A DNA stretch of 64,000 nt from Octopus sinensis (Eukaryota): assembly GCF_006345805.1 (NCBI RefSeq), contig NC_042999.1, positions 121,334,001 through 121,398,000 of the forward strand, written 5' to 3'. Under the pieces are notes generated by a model. That model was not told the origin of the DNA and did not search any database. It saw only the letters and a list, made by a program, of their open reading frames with translations. This document shows, one piece after another, positions 1 to 13,500 of this stretch. Position 1 is the stretch's first letter. Each line of letters begins with the position of its first letter. Position numbers and translations under genes: made by a program.

Positions 1-346
1 AACATGTCTTCTTTTCTAAATGTATTCTTTCAATAATTTAGTCAATAAAGTATGCCTTGTCTTGCCTAAAACTGTATTTGTTTGGCAAGTGACAAGATTT
101 GAGAGAAAGTGCTAAAGCTGTAATAGGATGTAATGTGACTATATATATATATATATAAGTGAGCATAACTAATAGTAATATGAAGTAAAGGAAATAATTC
201 ACAAATAGATTAACAACATGAATATTGCTAGGTAAGATGAGGTGACATTTTAATTTACTCTATTTCCATTTAACTGAAACTTCCTTCTTCAATAGCAACT
301 GTTAGCAATTCCCAATAGATAAAATGAAATAATTAAAAAAATTATT

Positions 347-765
347 AATAGTTATAGCCAAGCTAACATGGTAGTCCAGAAAAACAGGACAAATGCTGCC
401 ATTGATTAGTTCCAAGAGGCCATAGCCTCCAGCTAGCTATGTGACACACAAATCTGTGTCCATTACAACCTTCGAACAGTGACATTCATCAGCTTCCCCA
501 TGCTGGTTCAAACATCCACAGACCAATTTTGGGGTATTTTCCCCTTATGAATGTAGAGTAGCTGAATGCAGCAGGTGTCGCTGTTGACTGTCTGTTCGAA
601 GGTTTATATATATTCAGTGGAACACATCCACTGATTTTCAAATATGGAAATATTATTTTTAAATCTCTCTAAAGGAGACTACGGGAGCAGTATTGGGTAT
701 TAATAGTTACCGCCAAACTAACATGGCAGTCCAGAAAAATAGGATGAATACTGCCATTGATTAAA
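347..765. repeat. Interspersed element with ~60-bp terminal direct repeats and a short internal inverted repeat
   Basis: taatagtta(t/c)(a/c)gccaa..aacatgg..gtccagaaaaa..gccattgatta at ~347-408 and ~700-762; ccttcgaacag (~469) vs ctgttcgaagg (~592). Confidence 0.6.
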
Positions 766-949
766 AAAATTCAAATGAAGATAATTGCAAGAAACTGAAA
801 TTTAATTTCTCACAGTAAACTTACAATTTTAGGAGAATGTATGTTTGGACTATGTTTGCAAACAGTGGACTACAATGGATATGATTCAATTTGTCAAACT
901 TCATCAGTGATGGCTGATGGACTCTCCCATCAAAGACAACATGTGAGTG

Positions 950-1210
950 TTCAGCTTTTGCCAAATGATCAGCACAAATGATTTGTTTATAATGATCAAA
1001 TGTATGCACTATACATTAGCTCGCTCTCTCCATCAAATAAACGTTGCCTGAACAGGTGCATGGTGTATCATGCGTCAGGTGTTGAAATGATTGCAGGGCA
1101 ATGTGAAATGATGTTCTTTTGCTCAAGAATGCAACATATCACCTGATATAGGAATTGAAACCATGACCTCTGAACTGTAAATGCAGCACCCTAACCACCA
1201 GGCATACTAA
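950..1210 (-). mobile_element. tRNA-derived SINE, decayed
   Basis: Reverse tRNA-like head ggaattgaaaccatgacctc...caccctaaccaccaggc; resembles a common octopus SINE (recalled, not aligned). Confidence 0.55.
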
Positions 1211-1869
1211 AGACTGTTTGATCAGTTCACAAAGATTTTTAATTTAAAAAGAGGTAAAAATATTGCCTGGTCTTTTAAATTGCATCATCAAAAGGTTAAG
1301 ATATGAATTTGGATAATTAAATCAGGACAGAAGGTACTGAAAACCATACGAAAAGAAAAATATACAAAAATGCTAGCAAACAAAAGATGGAAATCAACTT
1401 TGAGTGATTTTTGATTTCTCAAAATTATCTCCTCACTTCTCAGAAATGCTGTTAAGTTATGTTTGTTTTCTCTAAATTTGATTGAAATTTCAAATGAAAA
1501 CTTTATTGCATATGGCATTCACTGCATCAGTCAATCAATCCAAATTCATGCCATTAAACTATTTCAGATATTTCCTTTACTTAATATTATTTTTAAATAA
1601 ACAAGTTGAAGAAGACAAAAATTATTATCAACTCTTCTCTCTATACGAAATTCAAGCAGACTAGAGTAGACTATACAATGCTGATGAACTTGAATAGATT
1701 GAAAATTTGTCAATAGATGCTCCTTGATTGCAAACAAAGATTAGATTTTCTTTCCTCTGAGCATGTACATGAACTATGATAAATTAATTCTTATTTTCTT
1801 GATCTTGTCTCTCTTGTCTTTGATGAGAGTTACTAACTTTGTGTGCCTGTGCATTTGTGAATATCAAGT

Positions 1870-2010
1870 TGACTGAAACTAAGTGTTGCCTATCCTAATA
1901 CCAACTACTTTGCAGAGTTGACTGGGTGCTTTTTATGTGGTACCAACACCAGCAAGGCCTGATATAGCATGGTTTCCACAGCTGGATACCCTTCCTACTG
2001 CCAATCAGTT
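1870..2010 (-). mobile_element. SINE/RTE 3'-tail fragment
   Basis: gctggatacccttcctactgccaa motif shared with copies at ~21925, ~49440 and (inverted) ~62170. Confidence 0.6.
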
Positions 2011-2055
2011 TACATACATATATATATATATATATAAACACACACATATATATAT

Positions 2056-2367
2056 GGTAAGATTCTTTTGCCACTATAACATGGCTATTCAATAAAAAAC
2101 TATGTTACAGAATTTTAACCCCAGGAAAACATCTATTCAAGCTGATCAGTGACACACACAACCTGTATCCGATATATTGTGAGTAAGGGAGTGAACCATT
2201 CCCCTTCAGCTTAGCAAGATTAGTGGGGAGTGATTCCCTCCATTACTCACAATATATCGGACACAGTTTGTCATTGACCAGCTGGAAAAGATGTTTTCCT
2301 GGGGTAAAAATGTAGTAATATAGTTTTTTATAGAACAACCACGTCATAGTGGCAAAAAAACATTACT
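2056..2367. repeat. ~310-bp foldback (palindromic) element
   Basis: Arms ~2056-2207 and ~2224-2367 are reverse complements (ccccaggaaaacatct/agatgttttcctgggg; tccgatatattgtgagtaa/ttactcacaatatatcgga). Confidence 0.85.
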
Positions 2368-2631
2368 GTCTAGTATTGTTACTACTTATATCACATTTAG
2401 AGATTTTAGAACTAGCTATTTTGCTCATTATATATTCAGTTAAAAAGGATTTATTAGGAACCAACACAGACATATAGAATACCCACAAGTGGCTAGAAGA
2501 ATCACACAGAGCAGACATTATAAAGTCCAATGTCATGAGTACAAATTATGCAGAATTGGATGCTACTGTTGGGTAATTTTCAGTTCCAGTTATTTACCAA
2601 TGAGCCGATTATTGAGTGAATTCATGGTATA

Positions 2632-2945
2632 GCAGAAATATAAAAGCAGATGGAGTCTGAATTTGCAAGAATTGTTTCATTAGAAATCTTTATTTAATAT
2701 AGTCATAATAGATTGCATCATACATTATGTATGTCTCCAAAACTCATCAAGCTCATTTAAACATAGTGAACTAATATTCCAGTATTGGAATTCCGATAGT
2801 TATATTTCACTATATTTAAGTTACCCTGATGAGTTTTGGAAATCTATGTAATCTATAATGCAATCTATTATGATCAAATTAAATAAAGATTTCTAATGAA
2901 ACAATTGCTGCAAATTTAAGCTCCATTTGTCTCTTTTTATTATAC
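2632..2945. repeat. ~310-bp foldback made of two inverted copies of a degenerate hammerhead-bearing repeat
   Basis: aattgtttcattagaaatctttatttaa vs ttaaataaagatttctaatgaaacaatt; CTGATGAG at 2826, GAAACAATTG at 2898. Confidence 0.8.
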
Positions 2946-3169
2946 ACACACACGCATGTGTATGTATGTATGACAGAGAAAGAGATGTGGAGAGAGAAAA
3001 TATTAGTATAAAAATTGCCCAATTCAAAAATTTTCTGGTGCTACGAAACAAATCTGAAATTAAAGATGTTTTACATAATTTCTCAATTAGTGATTAACAA
3101 TTGTTAAAAAAAATTTAAATAATGACTTTCTTTTTATAGATGCTTATCATAAAAATAGCTTTAATAATT

Positions 3170-5090
3170 ATTATTTGGTTTCCAAATGATATACAATAAG
3201 ATTTCTTCAAAGTTCTAATTTTTTTAAAGCAAATGTGTATGAAGTTCATTGTGAGCTGTGAAGCCAGCAACTCTTTTTTTTTTTTTTCGGTATGTATGTT
3301 CAGTGTGCACAACATATTAATTGCTCTCAGGAGGTAAATCAACAAGGCAAAATCATTTCTGAAAGTATTTGAGCTCAGAAGTTTAAGCTAACAAATAACT
3401 GATCAATTATAGTGAGCAGCAGTACTCTACGTTACGAAAAAGTTAAATGCCACTGAAATAGGCAATCTTTTATGGTATTATGTAAACCAGCTCCACCTCC
3501 CTTCCTTCTACAAGTACTATCATAAATATGTAATTAAATTATAAGTTGAATAGTTTGCTGACAGAATTTTAAATTAGACTTTAGGAGATTTCATGGATAT
3601 TTTATATAAGAGAAATTATGTAAAATATAAATATCTGGTTCTATGAAAAATACACTCTTATCATCAACAGAGAAAATTCAAAACATAAATGTGAAAGGAT
3701 CTTATACTGAAATGTGCTTTTAATTCTAAAGAATACTTGAAGAATTTTAGATAAACAATGTTTATCTCGAAAATCATCTGTAATAAACAGCAAAAAGGAG
3801 TTAGGAAAAGTAAGATTAGTGTCTGAGATGTTTTGAAATGAATAATAACTATTGAGAAAAGTTATGAAGAATTATAACTCATGCAATTAAAAATATTCAT
3901 TCAAATAAAAAGTATTCAGTATACTTGAAGCACATCAAAATTATAATATAGAACAAGGCATCAGAATTGACATTTTCTATGCAATAAGAACTATTTTTCT
4001 TTGTTTTTAGATTATTAAATTTAAATCCAGGTTTAAATATTTACTGATGATGCTATAAAAGTACTGAAGTAAAATGAAATTTATAATGTTTGCATAAGAT
4101 TAACTTTCAAATGAAATTATTGAAAATTAGAATCTCTAGATTAAACACATTTAAAAATTCCCTTACTATTTTTTTCATTTAGTACTATTTACAATCATTT
4201 AATTCAGTTGGCTAATATTAACTTAATAATCTATGAATACAAATGACAATATTCTAGGATTTGAGGTGTTCAATTTTATAAAAATGTATGATACAGTAAT
4301 TTATCTGATGAAATAAAAAATACTACACTACACATTACTTCTTCAAAACATACATTGTAAGTCACAGCAAGTGGTTAGTATCAAAGTAACAGTTTTCTCT
4401 GATATTTTCAAGTAAACCTATTGAAAATAATTTCTCAAAACTTTAAGTCATGTGGAAGCAGACATTTTTCAACAAAGAAATCAATGTTTTCAACAAATGA
4501 AGCTGAAAAACAGCTGAAGTAACATGATTAATCACATAACATTTAGCCATTCATGTAACTGAACAAAAACTGATTTAAGAGACCCAGTATTAATGATCAT
4601 GAATGTTATATAGAATAAAAATTCTAAAACTTCGGATAACCTCAAATAAGTTTCAGCAGGCAATGGCTGAAACTAGAATTTTCCAACATTTTTACTCATG
4701 AAGGACATACAAAATATATTCCATGCCTTAAGAAACTCCTTACATTAAATATATTATGTATCTTTATTAATATTTTTCATAAACTTAAATTTTAGAAGTG
4801 ATTAAACAAATTGTAAAACTATCTCTGAAAAGTTTGGAAAATGCTAGACCTTAATTATACCAAATCCTCTAATTATTTTCTATTGAAAGGTAAATTTTCC
4901 ATAAGGTTGCCTTAATATATAAGGATTGCAGGATCCCTATCCTAGGAAATATACTGTATAAGTTTAATAGATTTGCTAATAAAGAATCAAACACAGAAAT
5001 TACTTATAATGATTTAGCATAAAATTAGCTATTTATTGTTGTTTTGGCACAGAACCCTTAGGTCCTAAGGAACCCCAAATGGAGAACAGA
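3170..5090 (+). mobile_element. Possible very old hAT (Charlie-like) relic
   Basis: Charlie-type end motif gaacccttaggtcctaaggaaccccaaatggagaaca at ~5050-5088; only faint transposase-like traces. Confidence 0.3.
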
Positions 5091-6321
5091 AGCTCAAGCC
5101 AAGGCTAATATTGATAATTTACGAACATTTGTGTATAGAGTTATTATTTGAAAAGACATATCTAGATTGTGGCAGTTTGCCTGAATATTGAGAAGATATA
5201 GATACCAATGTGAAGTTTAAATGAGATTATAAACTGCATGAAACTCATGAATAATGTTGAAGAGTTTTGTTATACTTAATCATAATAAATAATGTTTTAC
5301 TACCATATACTTTTAATATTTATCATTTTGCTGCAACATATTTCACTATTATTCTATTTTGCTGCTACATATTTCAAGATCAGTTCATAATTTTAATATG
5401 CTTTCAAGATAAGTTTATTATTTATTGCATATATTTCTGTTTTGTACATTACATCTAAATTTCAGCTTGGAAGCAGTAAAAGAAAATTCATGTTTATTTT
5501 TATGAAAGAAAATCTGATACACTAATCAATTCCCTTTGGGATTTAATGAAAGTAAAACTAAAATTGTTTAAGTTCTTTGATGAATTAATATTAGTGTAAT
5601 ACCTAAAATAAAATTGCATTGTTACAAGACGTAATTATATTCAGATTGAGAATAATGTTTTAAACATAACTCATTATTCATAACCTGCAGTCATAAACAA
5701 AACTATGGAAATCACTTATAAGCTTGAAAATTGCATTATATCATTTTGAATATAATCTGGATAAAGTAATTATAAGAAGTTAAGAAAATATAATTTCAAA
5801 ATTTTAAATAGATAGCATTAAATCAGATGATGAAAAATCATAATTAACGAAAGTCAAAATGAAAATTTTTAATATTTAATGAGAATAATCCTGATATGAC
5901 ATTTACAGTTTTGACGTGCATCAGAGAAAAGAGAAGCAATATCCGATGTTTAAGCAAAATATCAGTCTGGAATAGCAAATTATTTGTTTTCTCAATATGC
6001 TTTTTAATTTTCTGTAAAGGAGTAATGTCTTGGGTTGCATGGAAGTAGATTATTGTAAATATGCAGAAAAAAGTTGATGGAAGATGAATTATTGGGAGGA
6101 AAGAACTCCAGGAATTTACAAGCAAATAGGTAAGTATATGTATGTTTTTAATAACAGAGAAAGTTAGCTTCAAGAAAAATAGCAAATATTAGACAGGTAA
6201 GTAGGTTGAGGTAAAAATAGAGCTAAATATGCTAGGTGGTCAATAAGTGCATTAGTTTGAAGTATATTGGCCAGGAGACAGGCAGGGGGATGTCAGCACT
6301 CATGAGAGTGTCATGAATTAC

Positions 6322-6396
6322 CTCTACATATTCGGTTCTGTGGACCTGTACATCTGCTGTTTTCATACTGGTGAGGTTCACATTTGGGATCACAAA
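6322..6396 (-). CDS. Exon J (phase 1-1): TNFR-like Cys repeat 3, ICDPKCEPHQYENSRCTGPQNRICR; gene probably continues beyond position 1
   Basis: 75 nt, tctatttcag acceptor, gtaatt donor, same Cys spacing as exons H and I. Confidence 0.88.
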
Positions 6397-8049
6397 CTGA
6401 AATAGACATGAAATGTACTTTGCTGCTATGATAAAGTCTCTCTAACAAGTTATGCCAATTATTTCAGATTACTGTTTCTCAGCTGAGTGATTGCAAATTT
6501 CACACTATAATGGTTAAAAAATATATACTTTGGAGACTTATTGCTACATTTTTAAGTAAACATAAAATATATATTAAAAAAATATTGTAAAAATAATGAC
6601 CTTAGTTTATTTTTAAAATTACTAAATACATTACAATGGAGGAAGTCACCTAATAAAATAATAATGAAAAAAAATAAATAAAAGGTTTTTGATCTAAACA
6701 TAAAGTCAGAATCTGAGAGAGGAGTGTACCTAATTGAATCAGAGATAGTACCTTACAGCTAATTATTTTTTGAAGCTGGAAAGATGAAAGGTAAAGTTAA
6801 GTTGACAGAATTTTAATTCAGAGAGTAAAGAGACTAAACTAAATATTGTAGCACATTTAATCCACACATCGCTGCTACTGCAAAATGTACATAGATAGCA
6901 GAATTGTATAGAGTTCCCATTAAAATCTGTAACCACCCCATCAGAAAATGCACTTGGATTAGCAAGAGCTGTTCTTACAGACCAATAAATAAAGAAAATA
7001 TCTGACAAGACCTGGTTTCATTAAAAGAATTTAGTCTAACACTTTACCTTCTCAGACATCCCATCCACTACTCATTCGAAACAAAAAGAAAAAAAAATGT
7101 CGATGATTCCTTATTTATTCATAAAGTTAATTGTTCAAGAGAAGAACATTCAATAAGCTGACTTAAGTATAGACAATACGTAGTTGACTTCGAAGAGATA
7201 AAAGCCCTGGTTAATATTATCAAGAATGCAACTTTAGAATGAAGGATTAAACTATAATAATAATAATAAAGCCGGTTTATAAAAATGATGAAAATTGAGG
7301 ATATCTAATGAGATGCACCACATTTTTAAACTTCCCTCTAGCAGCAAATACAATAGGCACAAAACATTTTCCAATGCCAAAATTCTCTAACACTTCTGTA
7401 TCACAGAAAAAAAAATTAATGCCATAAAACTTAGTTACTGAAGCTAATAATAATATAATAGGACTGTTCAATAATTACTCATTAAACAATCAGAGTAAAC
7501 CAGTTTGGTACAACAACACTATATCTTAATAGACATGAATACAATAAATTAGAAGTTGATTACTGATGGCACAAACCCAAAGCTTTATGTCACATTCCAA
7601 TTGAATTTCACTTCACTTACAAACTATATACTTTAAAATTTTATTTTACAGGATTTGCTTCCAAATAAATTTGAAACAACGACCATGCCTTCCATGATAC
7701 TATGTTGGCATCTATAGCAAAATAATTGCCAGCAATACCAAAATGTAATCTTCAAAATAAAATCAATGTGATAAAGACAACAACAACGGGAAGCTCCAAT
7801 TACCATATCAAATAAAAAATAAGCTTTAACCTTTGAAACATGAAACCATTTGAGACTGCCTCTAAATATAAATGCATATATAAATGCAAACATCAATCAC
7901 AATCTCATTACAGCATGATGGAATAACAAGAGCTAGTCAAAGACAGTATAATATGACAAATATAAAGTTACAAATATTTTATTAAAACTCCGAAGTCTTG
8001 AGTGTTTTGAAAATTATCTGAAATACTTTGGTAATCAGCCGATTACAGT

Positions 8050-8640
8050 AATGGTTATCATCATCATCATTTATGTTTCATTTCTCGTGTTAATATGGGC
8101 TGGATGGCTCATCACAGTTCTTATTCAGGTCAAAAGACTAAATTTCATTCATACATTTTATTTTAGTATGGCATTATGGCAAGATGCCCTTCCTGAAAGC
8201 AATGACTTTATAAAGTATAATGGTGCATTTTATTATGACTGAAAAACTCCTTTCAATGCTATCTACTCATTCACCAACCACTTCACAGAGTACTTGTGCA
8301 TTTTATTGTGGTACCTGCATTAATAACATTGCCTCATAGTCAGCAAGAGAAAAGGGCCCTCGGTGCTAAACTTCCTCTCCAGCTGTTCAGGGTAATACAA
8401 ATAACAGAGTGAGTGGAAGAGAGAATGATTGTAGATGAACTGGGTGAGAGAAGAGTGTAATGAAGTGGAGAAACAGACTGATTGGGGTGACAGTGTGAAA
8501 AAGGAAGGAGAATTAGGAAAGACAGTAGTAGGAGTGGGATGAAGGACACAATAATGGCAGGGTGTAAAGAGAAACCACTAACGATATCTCTGGTTAAGGT
8601 ACAGAATGAGTGATGGATAGTCAATAATGAGACTGAAAGT
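8050..8640 (-). mobile_element. RTE-associated 3' UTR/tail fragment (conserved tail plus GA-rich tract)
   Basis: catcatcatcat...gggctggatgg...gatgcccttcct motif followed by a purine-rich tract; mirror of 46180-46990. Confidence 0.5.
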
Positions 8641-9108
8641 TAAGTGAAAACTTCTGATTTGTTGTTTTAACTTTCCACATCAACAGTTAATACATCTAAT
8701 CAATAATTATCTTATTATGAAAGTTCTGTTTCGCTGTTTCTAGTTTAACTGTAGATGTACATCAAATTATAAACCAGGCTTTACTGTGGCTTTAAGTAAT
8801 TTTCTTCTGCAGGTAGACACCTAACATTTATAACCATTTGCTTTTTCCCTTTCTCAGTGCAGTTAAAGTCTTTCTGGTTGTTGTATTCATCTTAAAGTGT
8901 TAGCTTTTGATTCTGACTCACTGATGCTATGCATTCTGGAGCTTTCCACTCTTTCCATCTTTGTCTCTCAATTGTGATCTTATACCTTCTCTTTTTCTCT
9001 CATCTATCCCAACTTGTTCTTATCTTTCCTCTTCTTTTGGGTAATCACCAGTATACATTCATTCCTTTTTTAAAATCAAGGAATCAACATAAGTTTGATG
9101 ATGCCAAT

Positions 9109-9710
9109 TATTAGGTTGTTCCAAAATTAATGGCCAGTTTCAGAAACAAATTTTTTCTGGTAAAATTAACAATAGAAATGTTTTGATTAATCAAAGTATG
9201 AGCCGTGAACATCTATGTATCTCTGCCATCGATCAACAAGATTATTTATGCCTCGTTGATAAAAGCTTATTGGCTTTGATGCTAAGAAATCTTTGAAAGC
9301 TGATTCCACCTCTGGTTTGGACTTGAAAGTTTTATCACTTAAAAACGTGTTTAAATGCTTAAAAATGGTAGTCAGAGGGTGAAAAATCAGGAGAATATGG
9401 TAAAGTCTTGTATCCCAAGTCTGTGAGTTTCTGCAGCATCATTCTTGCAACATGTGACTTTGCATTATCGTGGAGCAGAATTGGGACACACCAATTCACC
9501 AATGCAGGTCTCACTTTTTGCAAGTGAGTATGTATTTCAGCAAATTGATTGCAGTAAACATCTGCTGTAATGCTCTTGTTGGCTGTAATGGACAACACCA
9601 ATTGCTGACCACCAGACATTCACTATAATCTTTTGCTGATGCAACTTTGGCTTTGGGAAATGTTTGGGAGACTCATTGCAATCAAGCCATTGACCTGATC
9701 ATTTACAGTT
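9109..9710 (-). mobile_element. Mariner (DD34D) transposon, 3' portion with terminal inverted repeat, decayed
   Basis: ORF 9359..9619 contains LLHDNA...YSPDFSPSDYHF and continues as ...FYQRGINNLVDRWQRYIDVHGSYFD; TIR-like tattaggttgttccaaaa at ~9109. Confidence 0.9.
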
Positions 9711-10679
9711 ATGCATTAGGGTCAGTGTAATCAACTTAATCCCCTCCCCGAAGCTGTCCTTGTGGCAAAAATTTGAAATCATTATTATTATTGAGAGCAA
9801 AAATTTCTAATTTGCTTATTCACCCTACCTATTCACAGTTAATATATCTAATTAATTGACTCATAAGAAATTATCTCCTTGAGTAGAAATGCTGAAGTGC
9901 AGGCAAGAGAATGCATGATGTATACAAGTGGTGAAGAATAAGGGTATAAATACTTCTGGGTGAGTAATAACAATAGTGTCCAGAGTTGGCATATCATTAG
10001 CATAGAAATAAATAATAAGGTAATTAAGACAGTCAGAATATGCAAACGAATAATTAAAATCAAGTCAAGTCATAAACGAGTGTGACAGTTATGATCATTA
10101 ACAGGACTGGCAGATGAACAGAAGGACCATGTATATGAGTACCTCCTGCAAGCTACATTGAGAACAAATGATGGTAGCTTTATTATCAAAGCTGTGAAAT
10201 TCATGGATAAGTTGAACAATATCAAGAGGGTCCACCTCGTAGATATGGGTATGGATTGAAAACTGAGTAAAGATCAAAGCTTCCTGAGTTCTCTGATGGA
10301 AATATCCTAACTATCTAAATTACAAATTTCAGGAAACCAACTAACCACTTGATCACCTACCAATGAGACAAATACACTAGCCGAAAAGACTTTAACTGTG
10401 CCAGGAAACAGTAAAGCAAATAACTGTAAACGTTATATTTTCTTATGAAGAAAGTACCATCCAACATAAATTACTGATTAGCAATTTCAGAGTCAGAGAT
10501 ATGGAATTAAAGAGAAAAAGCAATTTGTGGAAGGGAGACGTGGAAGCTGAAAAACTCAGAAAAGATTCATAGAAATTCTGGTTGATGTGTATGACAGAAA
10601 AGTAAAGGCAGAATCTTATAACATACAAGAAAACTGGAAGTTTCTCCAAGAAATGCTAAGAAACAGTGAATTTGTGTGG

Positions 10680-12520
10680 CTTGCAAAGTCTTATCAAGCC
10701 AGTCACTAAGTGACGCAGTGATGAGGCAGTGCAGTAGCCATAGACTCTAAGAGACTAACTTAGAAAGAGCAGAAGAAAAGGAACATTAAAAAAACACACC
10801 AAATATCTAGAAGTTAAACTTCATGTATACTTAGCATGGAGAAAGGTATAAAGAAAGAGGTTTGCATGTCATGAGACATGAGGATCAGAGGCATTTAGTG
10901 TTTCGTATTGCTTAATAGTGCAGTAAAGATGTGTGTACAGAATGAAAAAGGTACACTAGCACTCAGTGAAGCCAAAAACAGGCCTAATGTGCTAATGCAA
11001 GAAGCTGTGGTATGTGGAGAATATATGAAATTCTACTCTATGTAGATCTAACAGAAGGACTAGCCATTAACATTGATAACAGCATAATCAATAGAGTAAT
11101 TAAAGATATAAAAATAAAAGTAGTTTATCCATCAGAGATATTTGCTGAAGTGCTTAAAAATATCTGACAAAACAGAGTATGACTGTGTCATTCACACAAT
11201 CCATCAGGTAACACAGGAAATGACTGGCATTACAGTATATTTTAAGATGTTAAAAGAAAAAAGAAGCACTAAACAGAAGCAAAACGATGCATCAAATTGT
11301 TGGCTCAAAATATAAGTTACAGAGAAATATTGCAAAATTGATAAGGAACAGGATTAATCTAGTTGAAATACAGCTCAGTTTAATGCATGGAAAAAGTGCC
11401 ACTGATAAAATTAATCTAGTGCAACAAATGCAGAAGACGTAGTTAGCTCTGAGTAAAGGCCTCTAACAAGTATTTTTGGACTTGAAGGAGAAACCCTTAG
11501 ACATGGTTCTCTCTCTCTGTGATTGCATGGTTGGACCATATAATCCATGTAAAAAGAGGGTTTATCAAAGCTCAGTTCCAGTCCTCTCCTGTTTATTGTA
11601 ACCATCAAAGCTATAATAAAGGAGTTTAAGGGAGGCTGTCAGTGAAAACTACCGTATGCTGAAGACTTAGTTCTTAAAGACAAATCTCAAGAAAATAAAT
11701 TCCTGACATGGAAATTAAACCTGAAATTAAAGGGCCTTAAGGTTAGGAAAGATTAAAGTTCTATTAAGGAGAAAAGATGACAAGATCCTACTACTATCAG
11801 GTAAATTACAAGTTCAGAATGCAAGAAAAAGTAAGAAAAAATTCAAAACAGTAAATTGCATAATAGGTATAGTGAGATCACACCAGGCTAATAGAGAATG
11901 TAGTCATCATGAGTAGCTGGAGTACAAAAGCAATAAGTACAAAGAGAAACTGGGAAATAAATACTCATAAATGCCCCAGCAGTAATAAGTTCTGTTACTC
12001 AGTTAACAGAGAAGGTGGGTATTTGAAAAGCATAGAACTGGAATAAGAACATGTTGAGAAAATTTTAGAGAGCCAACAAAGAGTTCCTTTCTCTGAGTGA
12101 AGAACAAACTATATGATGCTCATGTGCATCTTGCTGCAAGATACCAAGACATAGGCCTTGGAAGGAGAGGGTATGTAAAGAGCAGAATGAAATGAAGTGA
12201 GCATACTTTGCTGGACATGGTGTATTTGCCTGTCTGAATAAATATGGTATGAATGAGCTGAAAGAAAATCTGTACATATGAGGATTTAGATGTATGCATA
12301 AGAGACAGTTGTGTGGGTATATTCTTGTGATGCCTATGAAAACTGTCAACTTAATAGGGAAGTGTCAAGCACTCAAAATGAATGAGAAGGAAGAGGGAGA
12401 TTAATAGAGTCTTGGGAAAATGTGTTAAAAACTGACTTCAAGATATTGTAAATCACAAAGGTGATGAAGGCCAATGAATATTGACAACATGTGCTGTTGG
12501 AGGAGAGCGAATCACCAAGC
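10680..12520 (+). mobile_element. RTE-clade LINE, decayed reverse transcriptase region
   Basis: PYAEDLVL (YADD-like) at ~11650; collinear with the copy at 44900-46160. Confidence 0.65.
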
Positions 12521-12589
12521 AAACATGCCAAAATGTATATTAAAATGAGGATAGTACTTGGAGCTGAGTTAGAAAATAACAGCAGCTAA

Positions 12590-13500
12590 GAGCTTCCAAC
12601 CAGTCATATGACTGACTTCAAATAAGAACAAATCTACAATATGTGCATACATCATCAGATTCTACTTACAGTATTAGTAGAAAACATCTAGACACACAAC
12701 ATTGTAATCCAAAATGGATCAAAGAAAAATATTACAGTTGATACAATGCCTGAAAGATTACATGAAAACCATCAAATTTATGCAAGATTGCACAAAACAC
12801 TGACCCAACAATCAACAAATGAACAATCAAGGGTAAAAAATGCTCAGAATGATGAGGATACTTTTAACGAGATAAGAGTGCAGGAACAAGAATTAAATTA
12901 TTACACCCAAAGAAAATACATACAACACCTTTTATTGTTGAGTAAACTAGACACAAATGAAGAGAAACTAAGAAAATAATCATACAAATAGGCAAGATCA
13001 GAATTGGGAAAAATGGCAACAATTGAGAAAAAATTGGTCAAGAGTATCAGTTGCCGTATATGGTTGAATGATGCCTGATGTTTAATGGAACACCTGGATA
13101 CACAAAAGTAAACATTGTCAGCCAGTTTAGAAACAGGTGAAATAATTATACAACAAAATCAAGTTGAATGTTTAGTAATTAAAAGGGATGAAAAATGTAA
13201 AATTCTTTGAATAAAGCAGATGCTTAACAAATACCAACAAATCATAAATATAACTAACCAACAATAACACTCTAAGCAATAAAGTTCTTCATCTAGATGA
13301 AACAGCTAGTAAGAATTGTTTGATGATTATGTCCCTGTATGACAATAGTCAGCTGGATGAAATCAGTAAAAGAGTTAAAATGAAAGAAAGATGTACCTAA
13401 AGAAAACAGAATAGTTACAAACATTAACAAGAGGCAGCTTCAAAAGCCTGAAAATATAAGATACTGTAACTAGAAATATGAAAATGATGAGAATGAAAGG
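12590..13500 (+). mobile_element. R2/NeSL-type (restriction-like endonuclease) non-LTR retrotransposon fragment
   Basis: Degenerate CCHC-finger and REL-like traces at ~13050-13350 with many stops and frameshifts. Confidence 0.45.

Noticed and set aside
460-500. CTGATGA on the minus strand of the 347-765 element as a hammerhead
   Set aside because: Followed by GAAG rather than GAAA, and no stems I/II can be formed
6020-6129. Plus-strand AG...gtaagt bounded segment
   Set aside because: Stops in all three frames and no supporting partner exons
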